64,000 bases of DNA from an uncultured Pseudomonadota bacterium (GTDB lineage: Bacteria > Myxococcota_A > Polyangia > Fen-1088): assembly GCA_963847705.1 (NCBI GenBank), contig CAWKBC010000021.1, positions 32,001-96,000 of the forward strand, in the 5' to 3' direction. Position 1 is the first letter of the stretch. Every line of letters starts with the position of its first letter. The notes below the pieces were generated by a model. That model was not told the DNA's origin. It saw only the letters and a list, made by a program, of their open reading frames with translations, and made no database searches. Positions 40,284 through 51,975 of the stretch are shown here, piece after piece. A program made the position numbers and the translations under genes.

Positions 40284-41937
40284 TCAGGGGGCGAGAGAGA
40301 ACGCCGCCAGGTTCGCGTCTTCGGCGCCGACCAGCAGCGGCGCCGCCGCGCCGACGTCGAGCAGGGTGGGGGCCAGCAGGTTGTAGGTCGCGGCCGCGTT
40401 GACCTGCACCGGGCCGCTGAAGGTCACGCCCCCGTCGCAGGTCTTGTCGACGATCACCGAATACGCGCCCCCGTCCTGGATCACGTAAGCGATCCAGAGG
40501 ACGCCCGCGGCGTCGTACAGGATCGACGGGCTGAACGGCGTGTCCACGGTCGGAACCAGGATCGGCGCGCCGAACGTGGAGCCCTCGTCTGCACTGAGCG
40601 CAACGTACAGGCTCGTCTGGTTGGCGTCGACGACGGTCGTGGTCCAGGCCATCGCGGCGGCGTTGCCCGGTCCGAGCGCGCCCGAGGGCTGGTTGTCGGT
40701 GGCCAGCGCCGGATCGATCTCGACCGGCGTCGAGAAGGTATGGCCTGCGTCGGTGCTGCACTGAACGTAGCTGTTCTCGATCGCCCCGTCCTGCACCGTG
40801 GCCGCGTAACCGATGCAGAGGCGCCCGCTTCCGTCGACGAACATGCGCGCTGACTCGATCACTTGCCCGGAGCCGAGATTTCCGCCGTTGTCGTACTCGC
40901 TCAGGTCGTCGGCGCAGTCCGCGCCGCCACGCAGGACGTCGAGGCTGCCCGTGAGCCCGTTCGCCCACCAGGTGTGGTTGGTGTCGAGGGCACCCTGCGC
41001 GAATCCGGCGCCCCGGTTGGCGTCCGACCAGACGAACATGTCCGGATGACCCTCGCCGCACCCGTCCCCGGGCGCCGCGACGACGACCGTGTTCGCAGCC
41101 GGGGAGGCGACGTCCTGGCAGGGGTACAACGTGGCGAAGGCGGTCGACAGCACCGTCGGGGTGAACGTCTGGCCGCCGTCGGTGCTGACCGTCAGGACCA
41201 AAGCTGGGTCGGACGGATCGCCCACCGACGCGGAGAGCGAGTTGGTGAGGTCGACGGTCGCGGTCGCATAGACGACGTCGGGGTTGCCGGCGTCGAGGGC
41301 GAGCGCCGGGCAGTCGATCGAATCCGCTGTCCGTCGTGTCTCCGCCCAGGATGTCGGCGTCGATCGCCGCCACGCCCGCGCCCCACGTCTTGCCGCCGTC
41401 GTCGCTGCGGGCCACCATCAGCTTGAGCTCCGTGGCTGCTTCCGGATTTTCGACCCAGGTCGCGTAGACGCGGCCTCCGCGGGCGGCGGCCAGGTGCTGA
41501 TAGATGCCGATCGCCGGGTTGCCGGACTCGCCGCTGCCGGTCGAATCGGCGACGGAAATGGGGGCGCCGGGGAAGGCGGTGGCGAGCACGAAGGGGGGCG
41601 TGGTGTCGCCGCGCGCAGGGTTGGCCTCGCTGGTGGCGGTGACGGTCGCGGTGTTGGCGGGCGCGACCGGCGCCACGGTCGGCGAGGCGTAGTGGCCCGC
41701 AGCGTCGATCGTCCCCGCGCCGGAGGCCGGCGTCATCGACCAGCTCACCGAGGCCTTCGAGGTGCCGGCGACGGTCGCCGCGAACGGCGTGGTCGTGCAG
41801 GTGAGGAGGCTGGCCGGCGTCGGCGTGACCGCCACCGTGATCGGCTCGGTGCTGGAGGAGCAGGCCGCGGAAGCGGAAAATACGAGCGCGCTCGAGAAGA
41901 CGAGGAAGCCGCGGGCTCGCACGAATCTGCTGAGCAT
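40284..41937 (-). CDS. Lipoprotein with Ig-like domain and Asp-box (BNR/sialidase-type) beta-propeller; +1 frameshift at 41320-41324
   Basis: Asp boxes SDDGGKTW, STDGGQTF, STDAGHTF, SADEGSTF, TCDGGVTF are split across two ORFs that fuse (DSG-SIDCPALALD) on removing one base. Confidence 0.8.
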
Positions 41938-42034
41938 CTGGGTTGGGATCTCCCGAGCTGAAACGGCGCATCATCGTAGAGGGGCGCCGCGCTCCTGCCC
42001 AGAGCAATCGGTCACGGATGCTGCGGGGCCGCAC

Positions 42035-43480
42035 CTACAGGGGCGAGCGGACGACTGCCTGCTTCGGGGCGTGCGTCTGGGCCGGCGTCTGAGCTTGCTC
42101 GGGCTCCTGGATCAGAGCCTGCTTGCTCGCCTGTTTGGGCTGCCCGTCCCAAGGCGCTCCGTGAGGCGCTCCGTCGAGACGAATGACCCGGCCGCCGATG
42201 ACCGAGGGGGCCGCGGCCGCCGCCGCCGGTGCGCTCGGCACCTCGAGGATCACCCTCGAGCGTCGCTGCCAGGTGAAGTAGGACAGCGCCCATTCCATCA
42301 GGACGGCGATCCGGCTTCGAAAGCCGACCAGCGACAGCAGGTGAACGGTGAGCCAGAGCCACCAGGCGACGATTCCCGAGGCCTTGAAGCCGCCGATCTG
42401 CGCCACGGCCCGGTTGCGACCGATGGTGGCCATCGAGCCCTTGTCGACGTAGCGAAACGGCAGGCGCGGCTGCCCGTCGAGGCTGAGGCGGATGTTCTTG
42501 GCGGCGTGCCGGCCGCTCTGAATGGCCAGCTGGGCCACTCCCGGCAGCGGCTTGCCGTTCTGGGTCTTGGCGATGAGATCGCCGACCACGAACACCTCGG
42601 GGCAATCGGGCGCCGAGAGATCGTCCTCGACCCAGACGCGCCCGGCCTTGTCCAGCGGCACGCCGAGGTGGGCCGCCAGTGGATTCGCGCGCACGCCCGC
42701 CGCCCACAGCACGGTGCGGGCGGCGATCGACTCCTCGCCGAGCTCGACGAAGTCGTCCCCCAGATCGGTCACCCGCGCGGCGGTGCGAACCTCGATGCCG
42801 AGCGCGGTGAGCTGCTGGTGGGCCTTGCGCGACAGCTCCTCGGGGAAGGTCCCCAAGACGCGCGGGCCGGCCTCGATGAGGATGACCCGGGTGGTCTGGG
42901 GGTCGAACCGGCGAAAATCGCGCGCCAGCGTCCTTCCGGCGATCTCCGCCAGCGCCCCGGCCAGCTCGACGCCGGTGGGACCGCCGCCGATCACCACGAA
43001 GGTGGTCCAGGCCCGCTGGGCCTCGGCGGTGGTCTCGAGCTCGGCCGACTCGAAGGCGCGCAGAATGCGCCGGCGGATGTCCAGCGCGTCGCCCACGGTC
43101 TTCAATCCAGGGGCGTGCGCCGCCCACTTGTCGTTTCCGAAATAGGCGTGGGTCATCCCGGTCGCCACCACCAGGTAGTCGTAGTCGAGGTGCCGGTTCT
43201 CGAAGAGGATGCGCTTCTTCTCCACCTCGATGCGCTGGACGGCCCCCATGAGCACGGTGACGTTGCGCTGGCGCCAGAGCAGCTGGCGGATCGGCGCCGA
43301 GACATCCGGGGCGGCCAGCGCCGCGGTCGCCACCTGGTAGAGCAGCGGCTGGAACAGGTGGTGGTTGCTCTTGTCGATGAGCGTGATGCGGATCCCCGGC
43401 ACGTTGAGCTCCCGCGCCGCGGCCAGGCCACCGAACCCGCCGCCCAGGATGACCACGTGGGCTTGCTGTTTCCTCAACAT
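42035..43480 (-). CDS. ndh: Type II NADH dehydrogenase
   Basis: ILGGGFGG, FQPLLYQVAT, GGGPTGVELAG, WAAGV, GD, YVDKGSMATIGR. Confidence 0.93.
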   Translation of the reverse strand: MLRKQQAHVVILGGGFGGLAAARELNVPGIRITLIDKSNHHLFQPLLYQVATAALAAPDVSAPIRQLLWRQRNVTVLMGAVQRIEVEKKRILFENRHLDYDYLVVATGMTHAYFGNDKWAAHAPGLKTVGDALDIRRRILRAFESAELETTAEAQRAWTTFVVIGGGPTGVELAGALAEIAGRTLARDFRRFDPQTTRVILIEAGPRVLGTFPEELSRKAHQQLTALGIEVRTAARVTDLGDDFVELGEESIAARTVLWAAGVRANPLAAHLGVPLDKAGRVWVEDDLSAPDCPEVFVVGDLIAKTQNGKPLPGVAQLAIQSGRHAAKNIRLSLDGQPRLPFRYVDKGSMATIGRNRAVAQIGGFKASGIVAWWLWLTVHLLSLVGFRSRIAVLMEWALSYFTWQRRSRVILEVPSAPAAAAAAPSVIGGRVIRLDGAPHGAPWDGQPKQASKQALIQEPEQAQTPAQTHAPKQAVVRSPL

Positions 43481-43534
43481 ATGGCTCGGGCGAGCCTAGT
43501 CGACGATCGAAGGACTCGGCGTTTCCGAGCGGCC

Positions 43535-43560
43535 GAAGAGATGTAACGAAGAGATGTAAC
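43535..43560. promoter_or_regulatory. Perfect 13-bp direct repeat GAAGAGATGTAAC x2 between divergent ndh and pyk
   Basis: Exact tandem duplication in the intergenic region; regulatory role is inferred. Confidence 0.45.
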
Positions 43561-43670
43561 AGAGGGCCCGGTCGGACGAAAACGCGCGAAATCCACGACG
43601 TCGCGAAACCTGCGCGCAACATGACCCGCGATAGGCTTGGATGTCAGCCTCGGAACGTCGTATCGCCCAT

Positions 43671-45119
43671 ATGCGCGGTCATTACAGACATACGAAGATC
43701 ATCGCCACGGTGGGCCCCTCGACCGAGGGCGCCGAGCGGCTGGGGCAGCTCATCAGCGCGGGGGTCGACGTCCTTCGGCTCAACATGGCCCACGGGACGG
43801 GCGAGTGGGCCGGGTCGCTGATCCAGCGCATCCGCGAGGTGTCGAACAAGCTCGGGCGGCACGTCGCCGTGATGATGGACGTCAAGGGCCCCGAGATCCG
43901 GACCGGACCGCTGGCCGAGCCGATCGATCTCAAGGCGGGGGAGATCCTCGAGCTTCACACGGTGACGGCGACCGACGGCGTCCGCAGCGTGTTCGTGAAC
44001 TATCCCGGGCTGCCGACCGACGTGAAGGTGGGGGCCACCATCCTCCTCGACAGCGGCCTCATGCGGCTGGTGGTGGTGGAGCTCGACCCGACGCACGTCC
44101 GCTGCCGCGTGCTGACGCCCGGCAAGCTCGGCTCCCGGCGCCACATCAACCTGCCGGGGGTCGACGTGGGCCTCCCGTCGCTGACGGAGAAGGACGAGAA
44201 GGACGTCCGCGCCGGCGTGGCGGCGGGGATCGACTTCGTGGCGCTCTCCTTCGTTCGCAAGAGCCAGGACGTCGCCGTGCTCCGGAGCCTGCTCGACCGG
44301 CTGGGGTCGAAGGCGCGAATCATCTCCAAGATCGAAGACCAGGGCGGCCTGCGCAACCTGCAGAGCATCGTGAAGGCCTCGGACGCGGTGATGGTGGCGC
44401 GCGGAGATCTGGGGATCGAGATCGAATACCACACGCTGCCGATCGTGCAGACGCGGATCGTCGACCTCTGTCTGACCGAGGGACGGCCGGTGATCATCGC
44501 GACGCAGCTCCTGGAGTCGATGATCAGCGCGCCGATCCCGACGCGCGCCGAGATCTCCGACATCTCCACCGCGGTGCGGGAGCGCGCCGACGCGGTGATG
44601 CTCTCGGGTGAGACGACAACCGGCCTCTATCCTCTCCAGTGCGTGGAGGTCATGACGAACATCGTCAAGAGCATCGAGCCGACCGAGAAGCGGCGCTTCA
44701 ACGAGGTGCTCGAGCTGGTCGAGCCGAAGGCGAAGATGCTGCGCGCGGCGGCGGTGCTGGCGCAGGAGCTGGGCGAGTCGGGCGTCGTGGTGTTCACCCG
44801 CAGCGGCTTTCTGGCCTACACCCTGGCCGCCTTGCGGGCGGTCGGCGTCCCGATCTACGCGTTCACCGATGACGAGGTGGTGTTCCGGCAGCTGCTGCTC
44901 CCCTGGGGCGTGGAGCCGTTCCTGATGCCCTTCAGTGACGATCCAGAGGCCACGGTGGAGAACGCGCTCGCCTACCTCCGCCGGCGCGAGTGGTGCAAGG
45001 TGGGGAGCTGGCAGGTCGTCATCACCAACGCGCTCGCCCACGACAAAGTCATCGACACGCTCCAGCTTCGGCAGATTCCGGCCGAGGCGGCCGGCACCGC
45101 GGGACCCGGCGCGCGATGA
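43671..45119 (+). CDS. pyk: Pyruvate kinase
   Basis: TKIIATVGP, RLNMAHG, DVKGPEIRTG, KIE, MVARGDLG, ATQLLESM, AVMLSGET. Alternative start 43641. Confidence 0.96.
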   Translation: MRGHYRHTKIIATVGPSTEGAERLGQLISAGVDVLRLNMAHGTGEWAGSLIQRIREVSNKLGRHVAVMMDVKGPEIRTGPLAEPIDLKAGEILELHTVTATDGVRSVFVNYPGLPTDVKVGATILLDSGLMRLVVVELDPTHVRCRVLTPGKLGSRRHINLPGVDVGLPSLTEKDEKDVRAGVAAGIDFVALSFVRKSQDVAVLRSLLDRLGSKARIISKIEDQGGLRNLQSIVKASDAVMVARGDLGIEIEYHTLPIVQTRIVDLCLTEGRPVIIATQLLESMISAPIPTRAEISDISTAVRERADAVMLSGETTTGLYPLQCVEVMTNIVKSIEPTEKRRFNEVLELVEPKAKMLRAAAVLAQELGESGVVVFTRSGFLAYTLAALRAVGVPIYAFTDDEVVFRQLLLPWGVEPFLMPFSDDPEATVENALAYLRRREWCKVGSWQVVITNALAHDKVIDTLQLRQIPAEAAGTAGPGAR

Positions 45120-46528
45120 CCCAAGCTCAGACGTCACCCACGGAGGTCGAGTTTCGCGGGGAGAACCTGACCATCCCGGAGCGGACGGAGCGCGTCGAGG
45201 CCGTCGACCTCCACATCAAGGCGCTCGGTCCCTGTCGCTACCGGTCGCCGCTGGTCACCCGGCTGGGAGATCGGGCCATGCACCACGTGGGGGAGGCGGA
45301 TCGGGTCCTGCTCGACGATCGGGCCTCCAGAGTCGTGGAGGCCGGCGCCATCGGCTTCGCCGCGCTGCCGACGTTCGAGCTGGCCGGCCCGCGCGATCGC
45401 ATCTTCTTCGACCCGGCCAAGCTCCGGGTCGGGATCGTGACCTGCGGCGGGCTCTGCCCGGGCATCAACAACGTCGTGCGCGGGCTGGTCCTCGAGCTGA
45501 CGCACGCCTACGGCGTCCAGGAGATCTTCGGCTTCCGCTACGGCTTCGAAGGGATCGTCCCCCGGTTCGGGCACGAACCGCTGCGGCTCACGCCGGAGAT
45601 GGTGGGGGCGGTCCACCACCAGGGGGGGACCATCCTCGGCACCTCGCGCGGCAGCCAAGATCCCGGTGAGATGGTCGACCAGCTGGAGAAGATGGGCATC
45701 GGGGCGCTGTTCGTCATCGGGGGGGACGGGACCTTGCGGGGCGCCACCAAGCTGGTGGGCGAGATCGACCGGCGGAAGCTGGCCATCTCCGTCGTCGGGA
45801 TCCCGAAGACGATCGACAACGACATCCACTTCATCGATCGCAGCTTCGGCTTCGAGAGCGCCGCCGCCGCCGCCGCCGAGGCGATTCGCAGCGCCCACGT
45901 CGAGGCGACCGGCGCCAACAACGGCATCGGCTTGCTGAAGGTGATGGGGCGGCACTCGGGGTTCATCGCCTGTCACGCGGCGCTGGCCTGCCCGGAGGCG
46001 AACTTCGTGCTCATCCCCGAGGTCTCCCTGAAGCTGGACGGAGAGAACGGATTTCTTCGCCATCTCGAGCGTCGGCTGGAGCAGCGGGCGCACGCCGTCA
46101 TCGTCGTCGCCGAGGGGGCGGGGCAGGAGCTCTGCGCCGCCGGTCCCGCGGTGGGCGGCGCCACCGGCGCCACCGACGCCAGCGGGAACGCGCGCCTCAA
46201 GGACATTGGCCTCGTGCTGCGGGAGCGGATCGTCCAGCACTTCGCCGGCCGTGGCGTGGAGATCACCCTCAAGTACATCGACCCCAGCTATCAGATACGC
46301 AGCGTTCCCGCCTCACCGTCGGACAGCGTCTACTGCTGGAACATGGCGCGCAACGCGGTCCACGCGGCGATGGCCGGCAACACCGGGATGCTGGTCGGCC
46401 GCTGGCACGGCCGGTTCGTCCACGTTCCGTTTCCGCTGGCGACGCGCTTTCGAAAGGAGGTCGACGTCAACGACGAGCTCTGGATGTCGGTCATCGAATC
46501 GACCGGCCAGCCCGCCTCCTTCGGCTGA
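45116..46528 (+). CDS. pfkA: 6-phosphofructokinase (GGDG + PKTIDND type, likely ATP-dependent)
   Basis: TCGGLCPG, GGTILGTSRG, GGDGT, PKTIDND, MGRHSG, YIDPSY. ATGA overlap with pyk. Confidence 0.93.
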   Translation: MTQAQTSPTEVEFRGENLTIPERTERVEAVDLHIKALGPCRYRSPLVTRLGDRAMHHVGEADRVLLDDRASRVVEAGAIGFAALPTFELAGPRDRIFFDPAKLRVGIVTCGGLCPGINNVVRGLVLELTHAYGVQEIFGFRYGFEGIVPRFGHEPLRLTPEMVGAVHHQGGTILGTSRGSQDPGEMVDQLEKMGIGALFVIGGDGTLRGATKLVGEIDRRKLAISVVGIPKTIDNDIHFIDRSFGFESAAAAAAEAIRSAHVEATGANNGIGLLKVMGRHSGFIACHAALACPEANFVLIPEVSLKLDGENGFLRHLERRLEQRAHAVIVVAEGAGQELCAAGPAVGGATGATDASGNARLKDIGLVLRERIVQHFAGRGVEITLKYIDPSYQIRSVPASPSDSVYCWNMARNAVHAAMAGNTGMLVGRWHGRFVHVPFPLATRFRKEVDVNDELWMSVIESTGQPASFG

Positions 46529-46639
46529 CCTCGCGGCGGCGGTCCCACCGCCGGTGGCCGGATCGCCGCCGCAGGATGGCGAATGTGGCACCGCCTGGGA
46601 GGGCGCGCCTCACCTAGTCTCGACCCAGGAGGAGCGAGC

Positions 46640-47452
46640 ATGAATCCAAACCAGGCACTCTGGGAAAAAGGCGACTTCACGCGCATCGCGGCGAGCATGC
46701 GAGAGAGCGGGGAGGCCCTCGTTCGGGGCCTCGGCATCACGAAAGGGCTGGAGATCCTCGACCTCGGATGCGGCGACGGGACGACGGCCTTGCCCGCGGC
46801 GCGGCTGGGCGCCGAGGTGCTCGGCGTCGACATCGCCAGCAACCTCGTCGAGGCCGGCAACCGCCGCGCCCGGGCCGAGGGGCTCGCCAACTGCCGGTTT
46901 CAGCAGGGCGACGCCACCAACCTGAGCCAGCTCGCAGATCGTTCGTTCGACCTGGTCGTCAGCATCTTCGGTGCGATGTTCGCGCCCAGGCCCTTCGACG
47001 TGGCGAAGGAGATGGTGCGCCTGACCCGGCCTGGAGGCCGGATCGTCATGGGGAACTGGATTCCAGGCGATCCCACGCTGGTGGCGCAGATCCTGAAGAT
47101 CAGCTCGGCCTACGCGCCACCGCCGCCCGAGGGATTCGTCAGCCCCATGACCTGGGGGCTCGAGGCCAACGTGGTCGAGCGGTTCTCGGCGGCAGGGGTG
47201 TCGGCAGACAAGATCTCGGCGGTGCGGGACAGCTACTCCTTCAACTTTCCCGCCGCGCCCTCGGCGCTGGTGGCCGAGTTCCGGAGGTACTACGGGCCGA
47301 CGATGAATGCGTTCGAGGCGGCGGAGAAAAACGGTCGAGCGGCCGAGCTGGCAACGGAGCTGGACGTCCTGTTCCGCGGCCAGAACCGGAGCGCGCGCAG
47401 TGACCTGACCAGCATTCCGGCGACCTTCCTGCGCGTCACCGTCACCGTCTGA
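46640..47452 (+). CDS. Class I SAM-dependent methyltransferase
   Basis: LDLGCGDG, FDLVVSIFGAMFAP; AGGAGG RBS. Confidence 0.92.
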   Translation: MNPNQALWEKGDFTRIAASMRESGEALVRGLGITKGLEILDLGCGDGTTALPAARLGAEVLGVDIASNLVEAGNRRARAEGLANCRFQQGDATNLSQLADRSFDLVVSIFGAMFAPRPFDVAKEMVRLTRPGGRIVMGNWIPGDPTLVAQILKISSAYAPPPPEGFVSPMTWGLEANVVERFSAAGVSADKISAVRDSYSFNFPAAPSALVAEFRRYYGPTMNAFEAAEKNGRAAELATELDVLFRGQNRSARSDLTSIPATFLRVTVTV

Positions 47453-47489
47453 GCGGACAGCCGGAGGTCTGCACCTCCGCGCCCTCGGA

Positions 47490-48146
47490 TCAGCGCGCGC
47501 GTTCGGCTTCGTCGAACAGCTCGTCGAGCGTGTAGATGCGTGTCCCCTTTTCCGGATCCAGCGCCGCGTTGACCATCGCCTTGGCGACCACCTCGCCCGG
47601 GATCTCACGGTACCTGCGCGCGATGCCGAAGGCATTGACGGCGCCGAGCAGCGCGCCGCCCAGCTTCTCCCCGACGCGCGCTTGCGGACGGCCACCGAGC
47701 AGACTCGGTCGCAGGATCCGGATCCGCTCGAAGCCGAGCTGTTGCACGTCGCGATCGAGCTCACCCTTGATGCGGGTGTAGAAGATGCTCGAGCTCGGAT
47801 TCGCCGACGACGCCGAGACGAGCACGTAGCAGGGGACGGCGTTGTTCGCGGCCGCCTTGGCGAAGGCCAGCTGGTAGTCGTAGTCGACCTTCTTCTGCGC
47901 GGCCAGGCTGCCGGCCTGCTTCCGCGTCGTCCCCAGCGACGAGAACGCCACGTCGCCCTTCACCAGCGACGACCACGACTCCGGCGCGTCGAAGTCGACG
48001 ACGTGGTCCTCCAGCTTCGGGTGAGACTGGCCGGTCTTCTTCCGGCCGAAGGCGATCACCTTGCCGAACCGCCCGTCGTTCAGCAGCTGACCCAGGAGCT
48101 GCGACCCGACCAGCCCGGTCGCCCCGATCATGAGCGCGGTATGCAC
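47490..48146 (-). CDS. NAD(P)-binding oxidoreductase (TIP30/YraR-like atypical SDR)
   Basis: GATGLVG, SLGTT, VDYDY, FYTRIKGE, RPSLL. Confidence 0.88.
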   Translation of the reverse strand: MHTALMIGATGLVGSQLLGQLLNDGRFGKVIAFGRKKTGQSHPKLEDHVVDFDAPESWSSLVKGDVAFSSLGTTRKQAGSLAAQKKVDYDYQLAFAKAAANNAVPCYVLVSASSANPSSSIFYTRIKGELDRDVQQLGFERIRILRPSLLGGRPQARVGEKLGGALLGAVNAFGIARRYREIPGEVVAKAMVNAALDPEKGTRIYTLDELFDEAERAR

Positions 48147-48324
48147 CCGCGGAGCATACCCGTATCGAAAAGGAACGGCGGGCGATCGTCGCCGACCGTC
48201 GGCTGTGCGACGCCGATGCCGCTCGTTCGGCTCAATCCGGACGCGCGCGACGTCATCTGGGTGGGGGGCCGCGCGTCCGTCCAGAAGGATACGACCGGTG
48301 TCCGCGTCGCCGCCGCCTTCGAGG

Positions 48325-49170
48325 TCACGCCGGCGTCACTTCGTCGACGGTCTCCAGCGTGATGCGGCCCAGCGTGCCGGTGCGAAAGTCGTTCAGCAGC
48401 GAGACCGAGGCCCGGGCCAGGTCCGGCGCGCCGCCGGGCTTCTTGGCGGACGACCCGGTGGCGATGAGCGCCAGCAGCATGTGCTCGTTGCAGGGGCGGG
48501 GGAGCACGCCGTAGCGTTGCGCGAGCAGCTCCGGGTAGTGCCGGAGCAGATAGAGCCCCAGCGTCAGCGCGACCTCTTCGTCGTCGTAAGCCCCGCGCCC
48601 GATGCTGTGGAGCGCGGCCAGCCGGTGCGCGGTCGCCTGCTCCATCGCCGGCCACAGCATCCCCGGCGTGTCGACCAGGCTCATGCCGGGGCCCAGGCGA
48701 TGGAACATCTGAATCTTGGTGATGGCCGGCTCGTCGCCGACGTGCGCGACGTGGCGCTTCAGGATGGCGTTCATCAAGGTCGACTTCCCGACGTTGGGGA
48801 TGCCGAGGATCATCATGCGCAGCGGCTTGTCGGGCGCGCCGCGATCGGGGCGGAGCGCCCGGCAGGCGGTGAGGACCCGCTCGAGCTCGCCCTGCCTCTT
48901 GGCGCAGAGCGCGATGGCCTTCACGCCGGGCTGTGCGTTGTAGTGCTGCAGCCAGCGCTTGGTCTGCTCCGCATCGGCGACGTCCGACTTGTTCAGCAGC
49001 TTCAGCGCCGGTCGCTGCCCGGCCCGCCGCAATTTTTCGAACACCGGGTTGCAGCTGGAATGGGGCGCCCGCGCGTCGAGGACCTCGATGACGAGGTCGG
49101 TCGTGCGCATGGTCTCGGCCGCCTTGGTGCGGGCCGTGACCATGTGACCGGGGTACCAATTGATTGACAT
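48325..49170 (-). CDS. rbgA: Ribosome biogenesis GTPase RbgA/YlqF
   Basis: INWYPGHM, DARAP, NKSD, GIPNVGKS, DTPG in circularly permuted order. Confidence 0.95.
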   Translation of the reverse strand: MSINWYPGHMVTARTKAAETMRTTDLVIEVLDARAPHSSCNPVFEKLRRAGQRPALKLLNKSDVADAEQTKRWLQHYNAQPGVKAIALCAKRQGELERVLTACRALRPDRGAPDKPLRMMILGIPNVGKSTLMNAILKRHVAHVGDEPAITKIQMFHRLGPGMSLVDTPGMLWPAMEQATAHRLAALHSIGRGAYDDEEVALTLGLYLLRHYPELLAQRYGVLPRPCNEHMLLALIATGSSAKKPGGAPDLARASVSLLNDFRTGTLGRITLETVDEVTPA

Positions 49171-49275
49171 GGCGCGGGGGGACGATACGCGATGGTGAGC
49201 AAAAAGATCGTTTATGCGCTAAGAGGAGGGTGCCACCCCAACCAGGCGGGCGCCCTTTTGCGCCTCAATGTGTGA

Positions 49276-51041
<1,766 letters not shown>

Positions 51042-51476
51042 CGAAGCTTACGCGGTCACAACCTGTCCGCGACCTGTCCGCATAAATTCGGGGACCCGCC
51101 GGTGTCTCCACCAACGGGTCCCCTATCTCCCCACCGAGCCCTCGCCTACCACATCCCCCAACCCCACTTCGGGCTCGCTCCAAACCCCCTGCCAGCCTAC
51201 GACCCGGAGTAATGCGAGCGGTGTGCCAGCCTTCCGGGCCGGGAAGCTGCGCGCCGCCCCGCCATCGAGGTCGAGCAAAGTAACGGTGCGTCGTAAGAGT
51301 GATACCGAGAGCGCCACGTTCTCGGCGAGGCACTGAGCGCGATCTCGAGCATTACGTTGGGCCCACAGAGAACGGAGGCGGCGAAATTGATCCGGATCCG
51401 GTATCGCTACGCTTGGGCTGGCGGGGAAAATGGCGGGCGACCGACTCTCCGGGGAATCGCAAAAGACAGGTCGGCG

Positions 51477-51950
51477 ATGCTGTGCATCACTCTGGCGGTG
51501 CTGGGATTGGCCATGGTTCTCGCGCACCTGACCGGCGAACGGTTGGTGCTCAGACGACTGTCGCGCCAGAGCACGGAATGGCCGAGGGTCGCCGGCGTCG
51601 TCGTCGATACCCGTTCGGTCTGGTCCTCGTCGCCAAGGAGTGGCCGCGCGTACTGGCCGCGCGTGCGATATCGATATGCCGTAGGCGGAACGGCGTACGT
51701 CGGCGACCGGGTGAGCTTCCGCGCCGACTACGCGCGCGCCGATGCCGAACGAGCGGTGGCCCGATATCCGGCGGGCTCAGCCGTCTCCGTTTCGTATAGC
51801 CCCGTCCACCCGGAAAGATCGGTCCTCGAACCAGGAACGTGGCACGACGGTCTCCTGATGAGCGTCCTCGTTCCCCTCACCGTCGCCGCCATCATGACGG
51901 TGCTTCTCTCGGTCGCCGTGTTGGTCTTGGTCTCGAAGCCGAGACGCTGA
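51477..51950 (+). CDS. DUF3592-like membrane protein
   Basis: TM - WPRVAGVV...YRYAVGG...VSVSYSPVHPERSVL - TM. Confidence 0.78.
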   Translation: MLCITLAVLGLAMVLAHLTGERLVLRRLSRQSTEWPRVAGVVVDTRSVWSSSPRSGRAYWPRVRYRYAVGGTAYVGDRVSFRADYARADAERAVARYPAGSAVSVSYSPVHPERSVLEPGTWHDGLLMSVLVPLTVAAIMTVLLSVAVLVLVSKPRR

Positions 51951-51975
51951 CACCGTCGCCAGCCGAGGACGCTCC

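Noticed and set aside
51060-51470. Possible small gene or mobile remnant between the P450 and the DUF3592-like gene
   Set aside because: The candidate ORFs on both strands lack recognisable motifs or convincing starts, so no call can be supported.
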